64,000 bases of DNA from Desulfurococcales archaeon (GCA_027022365.1 JALVYU010000011.1:99742-163741), one strand, 5' to 3'. Positions 53,331 to 63,935 are shown, counted from the first letter of the stretch. Program-made: numbers and translations. Notes: generated from the sequence alone by a model not told the origin.

Positions 53331-54076
53331 CCAATAATACTTATCTTGATCTCATCCCCGCCCCAAAGGAGCATTGGCTGGCCGGTCTCATGTATAATTT
53401 CTCCACTGGGACTAAGCACACGTATAACTGCCTTTAACGGCATCTCTTCGAAGCCGGCCTTCACACTGCATACGCCGTGCACAGAGACGCATCTCTTACG
53501 AGGCAGCTCTGCCGGCAAAACCTCGACGATATAACCATTAGGGACGTCGGTGAAGAGGATCGTGTCGCTTACGGGATAATAGTATGTCTCCTTGGGGATA
53601 ACTCCCGCCTGGCCTTTAGGCGGTATCCAGCCCAGTATTGCTTCGGCGAACTTATACCTGTTATAGAAATAGTATTTCAGTCTATGATAGCCTGCCTCGA
53701 GCATTACTGGTTCACTAATATACGTGGTCGGGCTCTGATCCCTCCAGGCATCTATTATCAGCTTATCATCTATCCAGACCCTGCTCCCATCGTCCGTTGT
53801 AATATAGAACCTGTAGAGCCCTGTATGAGGTACACGTATGAATCCTTTCCAGACGATCGCAAAGTACTCGGCGGGGACGTCCTCTGCGGGTTTATCCCAC
53901 CAGGTATAGTTTATCCATGGGAGAATATCTTCTCTTAGAGGTTCTAGCTTTTCGAGATCATCAGGCGGCATCTCACCGCTCCATTTATAGTATAGCGTCT
54001 TGACGCCCTGTACGAGTCCCTCCTTAACCTTAATAATAACTGCTCTAGGCACAGACAACGAGCTTACAACCCCCAA
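53327..54076 (-). CDS. PA14-domain protein
   Basis: FAIVWKGFI..TGLYRFYITTDDGSRVWIDDKLIIDAW. Confidence 0.82.
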   Translation of the reverse strand: MGVVSSLSVPRAVIIKVKEGLVQGVKTLYYKWSGEMPPDDLEKLEPLREDILPWINYTWWDKPAEDVPAEYFAIVWKGFIRVPHTGLYRFYITTDDGSRVWIDDKLIIDAWRDQSPTTYISEPVMLEAGYHRLKYYFYNRYKFAEAILGWIPPKGQAGVIPKETYYYPVSDTILFTDVPNGYIVEVLPAELPRKRCVSVHGVCSVKAGFEEMPLKAVIRVLSPSGEIIHETGQPMLLWGGDEIKISIIG

Positions 54077-54206
54077 ACAGTATTATCAACATAGATATTA
54101 CGGGGCCCTAGGTTTTTAATAGGTGGGATATATCGTTTTCTTCAAACCACAATCATTATATCCCCGTATAACAACCATTACTTTCCAAAATAGTTGTTTC
54201 TGAGAG

Positions 54207-55031
54207 GTGATAGAAGTGCCGACAGTTTCACCGAAACTCCTAGAAGAAGTTGTGAACACCAATACATTCCTCCGCACAGCATATCGTGTACTAGTCAGGG
54301 ATCCCGAGGTAAGGACGCTCTGGGAGATGAGCAACGTAATGGCTGTCAAGAGACTGAAATACAATGACCACGGTCCAGTACACGCTATAATTGCGGCGGG
54401 AGCAGCTGTCTACCTCTACAAGCTATTGAGAGAAGCAGGCGTCGAGTCAAGCCTCGTGAGAGACAGAGTGGTCAATGATCCGGAGCTGGCATGGATAGTA
54501 CCACTGTACGGTGCTCTCCTCCACGATGTAGGAAACGCCATACACAGGGATCTACACGAGAAGCTTGGGAGTCTTCTCGCTAAACCAATAATCGACCGGG
54601 CGCTCGCAAAGATCATAAGCGATTATGAGACAAGGATCAGGCTAAGGCAAGAAATAATGCATAGCATACACTGCACAGCCTACGATGCCGAGTGCCTGAC
54701 AATAGAGGCCGGATGCGTAGCGGTCGGGGACGGCCTAGATATGGCTGAGGGGAGAGCAAGAGTACCATATAGGCTCGGAGGCATATCAATACACCATATA
54801 TCGGCTCTCAGCATAAAGAAGGTCGAGATACAGAAGGGTGACGAAGTACCGATAAAGATACTAGTACATATGACGGAGAGAGCGGGGATATTCCAAGTAG
54901 ACGAGGTACTCATGCCGAAGCTCAAGACGACTCCGCTAAAGGATCTTGTAGAGATATATGCTATAATCGACGGAGAAACCCTGAAAACATATACCCCATA
55001 CAAGCAGTCATCTCCTAAGCAGGTATCTTAG
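54207..55031 (+). CDS. HD-superfamily phosphohydrolase (COG3294-like)
   Basis: RLKYNDHGPVH, LLHDVGNAIHR, GDGLDMAEGRAR. Confidence 0.9.
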   Translation: MIEVPTVSPKLLEEVVNTNTFLRTAYRVLVRDPEVRTLWEMSNVMAVKRLKYNDHGPVHAIIAAGAAVYLYKLLREAGVESSLVRDRVVNDPELAWIVPLYGALLHDVGNAIHRDLHEKLGSLLAKPIIDRALAKIISDYETRIRLRQEIMHSIHCTAYDAECLTIEAGCVAVGDGLDMAEGRARVPYRLGGISIHHISALSIKKVEIQKGDEVPIKILVHMTERAGIFQVDEVLMPKLKTTPLKDLVEIYAIIDGETLKTYTPYKQSSPKQVS

Positions 55032-56552
55032 CCCTTCCCTAACAAAATCCCTTGTCCACCTAGACCCCGCGAGGAGAACGAGCCCGTATACTATTAGCCA
55101 TAATACTAAGTATCTGAGAAGAACGAATGCCTCAGTCCAGAAGCTACTGATTATGATATGAGTGCCGCCCAGGAGACCGACAGGGATCGATGCAATCACT
55201 CCCGCCAGAACCGCGGACAGGATCTCACGCCACGGGACCATGAATTCGAGTTTCCGCTTAGCACTCCAATACGTATATACCAGGTATGGTATAGCTGAGA
55301 GCATCCACATAAGCGGGTAAGGCAGAGCTATCAGAACGGGATCGCTGATCCCTGCCAGTATGAGGGCGTAGGAGGCGAAGGAACCCGTCAGCAGTGCAAC
55401 AGTGCATCTGATAAGGTACGCCATGCTGAGCTTGAAGAGCGGTGTAGATCTAAGCTCTATACCGAAACTATGCAGATCCTTAGTCTCCGAGGAAACAGCA
55501 ACAGTCCTGAATATGTTTGCATACGTTATCAGTATCGCCTCTAGTGAATATAGGACAAATAAGATATAGGCAGATGCATACTCAACCCTGAACAGGCTGA
55601 GTATACTGGTACCAAACACAAGCATCAGGATCGTCATACCGATAGATATGATACTTGTAATCCTCAACACGTCCTCTGTATCCCTACGCGATGGAGTACG
55701 GAGAAGCTTAGCACTAAGACCTAGGGTCAGCTTCCCGCTTGTCTGTGTAATAACGCTTCGCGGGATATAGGAAACACCAAAGTACGCGGCTATTACTGTT
55801 GTCCTCGTTATCAGCGTCACTAATGGTCTTTCGAAAACCATCATTATGTTACTGATCATATTCACGAAGGGGATATAACTATTAAGAAGTATCATACGGA
55901 TATACTTCCATATCAGTTTAGGTCTGGGTATCTCGAGCTTGTATTTCCTGATATAGTACCCGCTAAGAAGCAATGCAACAATTATCGAGCATAAGACGGC
56001 AAATAAAGCGCCGAGGACTCTATATGTAAGGACTACGACAAAAACGTAGGCAGTAGAAAATCTTACTGTTTCTTGGAAAATCCTTACTTTACCGTCTAAG
56101 AACGGCTTTGTAGAGACTAGTATAGACATTAGTGTTAACCAAACAATACTGGTCCCGACAATAGTTCCAGCTATAGCGAAGAACAGCGTGTTCGAGCCAC
56201 TAATACCTATGAATAAGTAGCCGGCCATGAAGGATAGGGCGAAGCCCAGCGGAACATATAGAAGAGCGAGGGCTAGGGCAGCCGATACAACTTCATATCT
56301 TTTTCGGGCATAGAAGCGCGTTATCCACATGTTCGTAAATATCGTTGGGGCTGTAAATATCGATGTCAAAGCCATTATTGTTGTGAATAAACCATATTCT
56401 CGAACACTAAGTTTTCTCGTTATGAAGAGCGTAAACCCGATCGATATAACTAATTTGTAGAGGCGGCTCAGAAAGTTAATTATTGTTGAATACCTTACCC
56501 TGATGCCTCTGAGCTCTTCCTCCGTATAGGTTACATGTTCTTCGCTATGCAA
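55008..56552 (-). CDS. Oligosaccharide flippase-like (MOP/Wzx) membrane protein
   Basis: About 12-14 TM; TRKLSVREYGLF N-terminal motif; adjacent to a glycosyltransferase. Confidence 0.75.
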   Translation of the reverse strand: MHSEEHVTYTEEELRGIRVRYSTIINFLSRLYKLVISIGFTLFITRKLSVREYGLFTTIMALTSIFTAPTIFTNMWITRFYARKRYEVVSAALALALLYVPLGFALSFMAGYLFIGISGSNTLFFAIAGTIVGTSIVWLTLMSILVSTKPFLDGKVRIFQETVRFSTAYVFVVVLTYRVLGALFAVLCSIIVALLLSGYYIRKYKLEIPRPKLIWKYIRMILLNSYIPFVNMISNIMMVFERPLVTLITRTTVIAAYFGVSYIPRSVITQTSGKLTLGLSAKLLRTPSRRDTEDVLRITSIISIGMTILMLVFGTSILSLFRVEYASAYILFVLYSLEAILITYANIFRTVAVSSETKDLHSFGIELRSTPLFKLSMAYLIRCTVALLTGSFASYALILAGISDPVLIALPYPLMWMLSAIPYLVYTYWSAKRKLEFMVPWREILSAVLAGVIASIPVGLLGGTHIIISSFWTEAFVLLRYLVLWLIVYGLVLLAGSRWTRDFVREGLRYLLRR

Positions 56553-56611
56553 TCTGTGTGACCAGACTCCTTGTTGTGAATACCATTAACTCTGTATATG
56601 CATGGATTTAT

Positions 56612-57577
56612 TCAAAAACCAATAGATGATAGTATTTCCGCTATGTACTTGGCACCGTTCGGGTAGACTCGGGGCTTAAACCACTGTTTGACGCTCCTGA
56701 TATCTCTGAGTAGTTTTTCCTTATCCGGCCATAGATAGAATCGTGCCCCTATCTTTTCCGCTAAAAGATACGTGTCCAGCACGGTCTGCGCTCTGATCCA
56801 TCTTGGATTATTAACGATAATCACGGGTTTTCCATAAGTAAGGGCTGCATCGACGGCTGTCCTGCCCTGATGACATATTACTACGTCAGCTCCCGCTATC
56901 CAGCGTGCAATATCTGGGTCGAAATCAAATATTATTAGATCGGGTCGTTTAGCCCTGTATTTTTCCGGATCATCTCTCCCAGTCTGTATAACGAGGTTGT
57001 CTAGCCCAGTCTTTAGCATAGTATCTACTAGCTCGGGATAACCATATGTACCGGTGACGACCAGTATGTAGCCTTTATTCTTCGGCTCATACACCCTGTT
57101 CTCGTAGAGCGGCCCCACATAGATTCCCCGAGGATATATCCTCTTCTGCTCGGGCCAGGAGAGGAAAATGTAGTTCGATATTCTTGAGAGAAGCTTGACG
57201 GCGCGGCTGGGAGTCACGATCCTCATTACGTCTTCTACGACAGCGCCGAGCACGCCGTGTAGACGTGCGGTTACGAAGGGGGCTATGCAGTGATTACTGC
57301 CGAAACAAACCACTATATTGTACTCGTGGAAGGGTATCCTACGTGACTCGATTAATGCTCTTATGAACCCAGGTATTGATCTTGGAAGAGGTGTTTTCGG
57401 CTCCAAAGGCTTCAAAACGGGATAGAGTACCCCTAGTCCCTTCAGCTTCTTGATGGTGAAGGAGTCGTTCTCGGGGACAATGAAGTCGGCCTTGATCCTC
57501 CCTGCTATGAACTGGTAGACTGTGTATGCGTGCCCTGTGTGGCCACCACCGCTCGCGATAAGGAGAACCCTACGCAT
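56612..57577 (-). CDS. Fused Alg14/Alg13-like (GT28/MurG-like) GlcNAc transferase, Agl24-like
   Basis: ASGGGHTGH (Alg14-like), VVTGTYG, IQTG, ADVVICH, YGKPVIIV (Alg13-like). Confidence 0.8.
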   Translation of the reverse strand: MRRVLLIASGGGHTGHAYTVYQFIAGRIKADFIVPENDSFTIKKLKGLGVLYPVLKPLEPKTPLPRSIPGFIRALIESRRIPFHEYNIVVCFGSNHCIAPFVTARLHGVLGAVVEDVMRIVTPSRAVKLLSRISNYIFLSWPEQKRIYPRGIYVGPLYENRVYEPKNKGYILVVTGTYGYPELVDTMLKTGLDNLVIQTGRDDPEKYRAKRPDLIIFDFDPDIARWIAGADVVICHQGRTAVDAALTYGKPVIIVNNPRWIRAQTVLDTYLLAEKIGARFYLWPDKEKLLRDIRSVKQWFKPRVYPNGAKYIAEILSSIGF

Positions 57578-57700
57578 AGCCTTATCCTCCGCGTCGGGTA
57601 ACAGGGGTATTCCTCATCGCCTCTCCCTAGGCTCAGCTGTCCTGGCCTTCCCCACCACGATAAATAGGTTATTCATGAGGGGGTTAATTCCTTGTTGGAA

Positions 57701-58558
57701 CTAACCCCTGACGATCCCTGTTAGCAGTAGTCCTTTGACTACTCTGCCGTTGAGGAACTTGTTCCTTACGCCACGCTTACTTAGTATCTCGTCTATCTGT
57801 TCGGGATCGAGGCTATATGGGTCGTGTTTTTTGCTTGCTAGCACGAAGTTACAGGTGTAGGCGAAGCTCGGCACGTAGTTCCAGTACTCTGCTACTACGG
57901 GGAAGACCTTCTTGACATTATTGTAGACATAATCATATGCTTCGCGGTAGAAGAAGCTGTTCCCGGCCTGGGTAACCATTACTCCATCATCGCTTAATAC
58001 CCGGTATACGTCGCGGTAGAACTCCTCACTATAGAGAGGTCTTGCGGCGGGACCTGCATAGGGGTCTGTCAGGTCCAGTATCACAACGTCGAAGCTGTTC
58101 TCCGGGGATTCCTTCACATATTTCAGCCCATCCATGATCACTACCTCGGCTCTCGGATCATCAAAGCTCCCCTGGTGCATGAAGCCAAGATATTGTTTCG
58201 CGAACTCAACTACTTTCTCATCTATATCAACCATAACGGCCTTCTCGACCGTATTATGCTTCAGTACTTCTCTGAGGGTTGCTCCCTCACCCCCGCCTAT
58301 TATCAGGACACGCTTCGGGTTCGGGTGGAGAACCATGGCTGGATGAACTAATACTTCATGGTAAAGAAACTCGTCGCGCTCTGTGCTCTGGATCAAGTTG
58401 TCTATTACTAGTGCGCGGCCGAACTCCTCTAGATCCACAAGCAGTACTTCCTGGTATGGGGTCTTCGCCTGGGCCAAGATCCTTTTGATCTTGAAGAGCG
58501 ACACCATGTTTGGGCTTGTCGGCTCAGACAAGATTATGCCGTCTCTCATAATTATCAC
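57701..58558 (-). CDS. speE: Polyamine aminopropyltransferase (spermidine synthase)
   Basis: TPYQE, YHEVLVHP, IIGGGEGATLRE, DVVILDLTDP. Confidence 0.95.
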   Translation of the reverse strand: MIIMRDGIILSEPTSPNMVSLFKIKRILAQAKTPYQEVLLVDLEEFGRALVIDNLIQSTERDEFLYHEVLVHPAMVLHPNPKRVLIIGGGEGATLREVLKHNTVEKAVMVDIDEKVVEFAKQYLGFMHQGSFDDPRAEVVIMDGLKYVKESPENSFDVVILDLTDPYAGPAARPLYSEEFYRDVYRVLSDDGVMVTQAGNSFFYREAYDYVYNNVKKVFPVVAEYWNYVPSFAYTCNFVLASKKHDPYSLDPEQIDEILSKRGVRNKFLNGRVVKGLLLTGIVRG

Positions 58559-58606
58559 CTTAACTACTAACTATGTAGGATAGCTTAAAATGATATTTAT
58601 CATGTA

Positions 58607-60328
58607 CTATTCTGTTGGTGTCGCCGTGAAGGACTTCATGTAGCCGCTCAAGAACCCTGATATCAGTGCGTTCATGAAGTACTGGCCTAGATAATAAGAT
58701 ATACCGCCTACTATCATCAGTATTGATGCATAGAGTAACACCGTGTACTTTGACCCGGGATTGGCAGCCATCAGTGCTACAGCGTTAGCAGCGGTCATTA
58801 TGAAAGCCGCTACCGATATAAGGAAGGCGATTTCCTCTGGGGACATACTAACTATAAAGAACAAGCCGGCGAACTCTGGGGGAATTGATTTGACGAAGGT
58901 TGACAATATCTTTGAGAAGAGGACTATGAGCTGGGTTATGAATGTGAGGAGCAGTATCGAGGTGGAGTGCATTAGGTAGACAGTGGTCTCGAACGTCTTG
59001 AATATCTGCAACATGTTTCTCCGTAGCCTTATGAGCTCGTTTGAGTGGTCGGATAATAGTATTCCTGCTTGTTTTACGTCCCCACCATACTCGACGGTAT
59101 CTATGAAGATGTGGGTACAACGCCTTATAAGTTCGCTACCCGATTCTCCTGCGAAGTACCTCCAGACTATTCTTGGGTCGATGTAGTTTACAAGCCTAGC
59201 ATATGCCCTCTCGATCAGTTTTTTAAGCTTGCCAAGCTGAGCCACGAGAATGGGTTTGAGGCTTTCCGCCATATTGGGTACTATAGACAAATGCTCTCCG
59301 AAAGCCCTAATGAAGACAGGGAAATAATCGTCTAGCTCGAAAACAGTGTTTTCATGCCTCTTAGCTAGTAGTCCTGCTGGTAGAAATGCTAGCCCGATGA
59401 GAACCATTACTATTGGTGCTAGTTGTAGGCTTGACAGGAAGGGCTTACCTAGGATCAGGAGGAAAGGTATGCAGGCCGCTGCCCCACCTATTGTGGCTAT
59501 CTTGATGTTCCTTACCCTTACTGGCTGTATCTTCATATTGTGCTCGAATCTGCCCCTCTTAATAGCGAAGAACAATAGTATTGCTACAGCTAGCTCTGCT
59601 AGGGAGACTCCGAGGATCCCGGTTCGAACGATATCTATTTCTCCGCCAAAGAAAAGGGCTAGTAGTATGAAGTTAGCTAGCATAAATATGAATGCTCCTA
59701 TTAGGGTCGAATACACTCCAAGGATGACTCTGAGGCTCTCTATTTTTCTCAAATAACTCGTTCTGTACTCGCTGAACAGCGTATTATACTCTATTTTGAG
59801 ATACTCACCGACATCTGCGCCAAGTGCTAGGACAGCTGATAGCCTCTGGAGGAACATCTCGACAACACGGTTCGGTGCCTCCCTTGAGACAAGTCTGAGG
59901 GCCTCTGGGGAGGCGTAGCTCCAGTGCTTTATTAAGACATAGATCTTCTTGAAGAGGTCGCGGTATATTTTCGAATAACATTCGGAGTCGCCGACGAGTT
60001 TGAATAGGAGATTGATAGGTGGACTGCCTGTTACGACTGTGCGCATGTGGACTAGAATGTATATTAGGTCCTCGTCTATGTAGACAGGCTTCAGTTTCTT
60101 TATGACGTCAAAAAACATGATTAACATGAATGCACCGACGACAGTGAGTATACCTGACAAGATATTGATAGGATAGGCTAAGAACTTGTTCTCGAGAAAA
60201 ACAAGGATGGAGACGAGAACCACGAGTATGACTATGGTTTGTTTACTAGCCCTGATATGCCCCGAGAGCCCCTCAGCTATTCTTCCAGTCCATTTTCCTT
60301 TAAGCCTTGGTTTTTTAAGGCGGGGCAT
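58607..60328 (-). CDS. arlJ: Archaellum assembly platform protein ArlJ (FlaJ)
   Basis: Two T2SSF-like domains with TM clusters; lies directly downstream of arlI. Confidence 0.88.
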   Translation of the reverse strand: MPRLKKPRLKGKWTGRIAEGLSGHIRASKQTIVILVVLVSILVFLENKFLAYPINILSGILTVVGAFMLIMFFDVIKKLKPVYIDEDLIYILVHMRTVVTGSPPINLLFKLVGDSECYSKIYRDLFKKIYVLIKHWSYASPEALRLVSREAPNRVVEMFLQRLSAVLALGADVGEYLKIEYNTLFSEYRTSYLRKIESLRVILGVYSTLIGAFIFMLANFILLALFFGGEIDIVRTGILGVSLAELAVAILLFFAIKRGRFEHNMKIQPVRVRNIKIATIGGAAACIPFLLILGKPFLSSLQLAPIVMVLIGLAFLPAGLLAKRHENTVFELDDYFPVFIRAFGEHLSIVPNMAESLKPILVAQLGKLKKLIERAYARLVNYIDPRIVWRYFAGESGSELIRRCTHIFIDTVEYGGDVKQAGILLSDHSNELIRLRRNMLQIFKTFETTVYLMHSTSILLLTFITQLIVLFSKILSTFVKSIPPEFAGLFFIVSMSPEEIAFLISVAAFIMTAANAVALMAANPGSKYTVLLYASILMIVGGISYYLGQYFMNALISGFLSGYMKSFTATPTE

Positions 60329-60347
60329 ACCGAGCCACCAGAAGACG

Positions 60348-63203
60348 CTATAGCGTCAGGTCACCACGTAGGAGCTTCTTGTATGCTTCCTCGACGCCGA
60401 GCTGGTACGCCTTGACTATGGCTTTGAATACCTTAAAGTAATCAACGATATTTCGTTCAACGAGTAGTCTCAGATACTTTGCCCGAAGGTCTAGTTCTTC
60501 GTAGATGAGTTTTATGTCTCTCCTACTGATACCCCTCATTACCGCTATCTTCTCTTCTAGCAAGTAACTTGATCCTCTGCCAGCGAACCTGAACTGGTCG
60601 GTAGCTGGATCCCAGGTGAATACGGGTATAGCTGATATTGCGTCGCTCTCCGGATCGTATCCCACTATCTCGTTTATCGTTATAACGCGGCGGACCAGTA
60701 GTCCTGTCTTGCTGTATACTGCGCTTTGGAACCATGCTATGTTCAGGCTATCCATGTTGGTTTTAGGCACGTTGATCGGCGGGTTTGTGAGCCTCTGTAT
60801 CAGTCTCTCAAGGTTTGCTGCGTGGAAAGTCGCCATGACGGGGTGGCCGGTATTATGGAGTGCGACAGGTATCTCTCCGCCTATGAAGAGCTCTGTATCG
60901 GGCACCGATAAGTCGTAGACGTAGCCATTATACTTCTTCTTGTCTATGCTCAGTACCTCGAGGAATGATAGGTCACTCTTAACGATCATTCTCGTGCGTT
61001 CTATGAGCCTCCTTGATTCCCCGTCCATAGCATCCATGTGTTTCTCAAGAAACTCTAGGAGGCGCTCAACCGTCTTCCTCTGAGCATACTTCTGTCTTCC
61101 CTCAGCATATCTTTTCACTAAGTACGTGAGGGATAAGGGCATCTTCTCGTCTAGTCCATATTTCCTTATTAATTCCACGAGGGGTTTCAATGGTATCCTG
61201 TCTTTCCAAGACCTTATGCCTCTGCCCTTATACAGTCTTAGGTACACAATATAGTATGGTGCATTGCTGCCCCTCTTGATCTCGAACATCTTAGACTCTA
61301 TCCCAGCTAGGCGTGCCAGCCATACAAGTTTAGTGGCCGCCTCCCTGTCTTTCATAGAGACGGATATCAGGCCCCCACGTAGCTTACTGGCACCCCTGGC
61401 GTTGATGAATTTCTTGATGAATACCCTTATTGTTCTTGGATGGGCCGTCCATAGCTTGTCAGGTATAACTAGTTTCTCTGCCTTTACAGATGCTACCCAG
61501 TATCTCCCCGCTTCCGCTGTTCCTTCGATCGAGTTTTCGGCGTATCCTCTATGTAGTAATTCCTCGGCGGCGTCGATTCCTCCAGCAATTTCTGTTTCTT
61601 CGATATCAGTCCTTGTTTTAACAAATGTGACGAGCAGGTCTCCGGGCTTGAGATCGGTGACGAGCTTCGGGACTATTTCCATTGTGTCTTGGTCTAGAAC
61701 GAAGACGCTGTGTGAGCCGGTTGCTTTAATGATACCCTTGCCCTCATATCTTATCTCGTATATCTCGCTGGCCCGATGTCTCAAGACATATTTGATCTCC
61801 GCCCATCCAACCCTGCCCATTTTATCTATGCTGAGTACCTCGAACCCATCTATTGTTTTGGGCTTCCTCTCTTCTCCGGGACAATAATGCTTGTCTACGA
61901 ACTCGCCTATCCTGACAAGCCTTACTTCCCCTGTCCTCTTATCCCTGATCAGGACCGGTGTCTCCCATGCAACGCTCTGCATTGCTTGGAACGCTATGTT
62001 GCCCTCTGCTCCTCTTATCTCACCGACGATTATGTAGTTGGGCCTCTGTCTAAGGGCCGCTCTCAGCAGATCGAACATTGTGACGCTGCTCTCGGGCTTG
62101 CCCGTGTCTCTTGTCAGTTCTCTAACCCAGTTAGGGTGTGGGAGCACGACCTCGGCAGTGTCCTCTATGGTGACTATCTTGTAGTTCGGCCTGATGAAGG
62201 CCGAGATCGCGTTTAGCGAGGTTGTTTTTCCTGATGCTGTCTCTCCACATATGAATACGCTCATCCCCTCGCTGAGCATCATCCAGATGTAGGCTGCTAT
62301 GTATTCGTTGAAGGTGCCCCACTTGATCAGCTGTGTCACGCTTATCGGTATCTTTGCTACACGTCTGATTGTGAAGTTGCTTCCGTGGAGGCTTACATCC
62401 TTACCATACACTATGTTTATACGGCTGCCATCCGGAAGGGTTGCGTCAACTACTGGTCTCGCATGCGTTATGGGTTTTCCGATCTTTTCGCCCAGCTTTA
62501 TTATGAATTCGTCCAGTTCAGCCTCGTTCTTGAAGCCTAGGTTGCTCTCCATGGAGCCGAATATCTTGTGTACGATGTAGATGTTTCCTACTCCCCTACA
62601 GCTGATATCCTCTATGTAGGGGTCTCGGAGGAACGGCTCGAGTATTCCCACGCCAATCTTATCTCTTATCAAGTGGTACTTGACATAGTCGACATCATCC
62701 TTGTACACGGGGATCGTTGTGTTCTTAAGCTCCAGCTCCTCATAGTCTACTGGCTGGTCGACGACCTCTATGACATCGTCCAGTAGTAGTAGGAGTAGTT
62801 TCTTCTTCTCCTCCGCCGACTCCGCCACATGGTATGGCTGGATCTTCGCGGCCAATGCAACCTCTATTAGTCTGAAGAGCTTGGACGGAGGCCTCGGAGG
62901 CTCGATAATGATGTATTTGGCGTACCCCGACTCCGTGCCTTCCCTAGGCATGTATGCGTGGATGAATACGCCTCCGCCTATTGGGTAGATCACGCTGAAG
63001 AACTTCCACTTCTTCATATCGCCGGTGGGCTTATCTACGAGGAGGGGTTCCTCCCCTGTCTCCTTCTTGATCTTCTCGATATATTCTTCGAGGTAGGGCG
63101 GCCTCTCGCCAAACTCCGGCATCTTCACTTCTTTCTCGGGTATGAATCGGCCACGCTTCTTTATCTTGAAAACAGGTTTGAGCCTGAGCTTGAGCCTGGG
63201 CAT
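60348..63203 (-). CDS. arlI: Archaellum motor ATPase ArlI (FlaI), containing an intein
   Basis: DPYIEDISC, GETASGKTT, IEDTAE, ALRQRPNYIIVGEIRG, AMQ/TGH split by a 375-aa insert. Confidence 0.93.
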   Translation of the reverse strand: MPRLKLRLKPVFKIKKRGRFIPEKEVKMPEFGERPPYLEEYIEKIKKETGEEPLLVDKPTGDMKKWKFFSVIYPIGGGVFIHAYMPREGTESGYAKYIIIEPPRPPSKLFRLIEVALAAKIQPYHVAESAEEKKKLLLLLLDDVIEVVDQPVDYEELELKNTTIPVYKDDVDYVKYHLIRDKIGVGILEPFLRDPYIEDISCRGVGNIYIVHKIFGSMESNLGFKNEAELDEFIIKLGEKIGKPITHARPVVDATLPDGSRINIVYGKDVSLHGSNFTIRRVAKIPISVTQLIKWGTFNEYIAAYIWMMLSEGMSVFICGETASGKTTSLNAISAFIRPNYKIVTIEDTAEVVLPHPNWVRELTRDTGKPESSVTMFDLLRAALRQRPNYIIVGEIRGAEGNIAFQAMQSVAWETPVLIRDKRTGEVRLVRIGEFVDKHYCPGEERKPKTIDGFEVLSIDKMGRVGWAEIKYVLRHRASEIYEIRYEGKGIIKATGSHSVFVLDQDTMEIVPKLVTDLKPGDLLVTFVKTRTDIEETEIAGGIDAAEELLHRGYAENSIEGTAEAGRYWVASVKAEKLVIPDKLWTAHPRTIRVFIKKFINARGASKLRGGLISVSMKDREAATKLVWLARLAGIESKMFEIKRGSNAPYYIVYLRLYKGRGIRSWKDRIPLKPLVELIRKYGLDEKMPLSLTYLVKRYAEGRQKYAQRKTVERLLEFLEKHMDAMDGESRRLIERTRMIVKSDLSFLEVLSIDKKKYNGYVYDLSVPDTELFIGGEIPVALHNTGHPVMATFHAANLERLIQRLTNPPINVPKTNMDSLNIAWFQSAVYSKTGLLVRRVITINEIVGYDPESDAISAIPVFTWDPATDQFRFAGRGSSYLLEEKIAVMRGISRRDIKLIYEELDLRAKYLRLLVERNIVDYFKVFKAIVKAYQLGVEEAYKKLLRGDLTL
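60852..61976 (-). mobile_element. Intein (375 aa) with degenerate LAGLIDADG region
   Basis: Starts SVAWETPV; block B ATGSHSVF; block F VYDLSV; ends ALHN with +1 Thr. Removing it restores AFQAMQTGH. Confidence 0.92.
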
Positions 63204-63221
63204 GCATGATCACCTCCGGGT

Positions 63222-63935
63222 CTAGGCCTTAGCCAGTGCTATGGGCACGAGTTTGACGCCGAAAGCAGGGTCTACATCGAAGGTTATGTTTGAATCGAAG
63301 ATTGTCGGTGCTCCCTTCAGCTTGACGACGCTCATGATCTTGACGGCTCTCCCGCCTACAACCGCGTTGCGTAGCTTGAAGTATCCGTCCGCCATAGCCC
63401 TTATCCTTGTCGATAGGGATTCTGGTATAGTGCCTGGATGTAGGGTTATTATGATGAGTTTGCCCTGGTCAACGATCTGGCGGGCTATGGTGAAGAAGCC
63501 TAGTATCTCGTTGGTCGAAGCATAGGTTGCTAGGTGACTTAGGCTGTCCACGAGAAATACGTCGTATTTCTTTATGAGATTCATCATTATCTTCGAGGTT
63601 ATCAGGAGAAGCTTTGAAGCATACTTTTTCTCCCAGCTGATCCCAGGGATCTGGGTCGAGAATATTGTAAGCTTCCCCCTTATGAAGTAATCAAGTACGG
63701 GGAACCCGGCAGTGATCATCCTCTTGACATAACCCTTCGTTGTGGCCTCGGTCACAACGGCTATGACTCTAAGACAGGATTTCAGAGCTCCATAGACGAA
63801 TTGCTGAGCAACAACGGATTTACCTGTTCCATGCTCGCCCTCAATAATGATCAGGCTGGGAAACGGTAAACCTCCAGCAAGCTTTAAGTCAAGCTCCTCG
63901 TTACCCGTCGATATAACTTCTCTCTCCTCACTCAT
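63222..63935 (-). CDS. arlH: Archaellum accessory ATPase ArlH (FlaH)
   Basis: RecA/KaiC-like GEHGTGKS, LVDSLS, FDVDPAFGVKLVP; upstream of arlI. Confidence 0.92.
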   Translation of the reverse strand: MSEEREVISTGNEELDLKLAGGLPFPSLIIIEGEHGTGKSVVAQQFVYGALKSCLRVIAVVTEATTKGYVKRMITAGFPVLDYFIRGKLTIFSTQIPGISWEKKYASKLLLITSKIMMNLIKKYDVFLVDSLSHLATYASTNEILGFFTIARQIVDQGKLIIITLHPGTIPESLSTRIRAMADGYFKLRNAVVGGRAVKIMSVVKLKGAPTIFDSNITFDVDPAFGVKLVPIALAKA

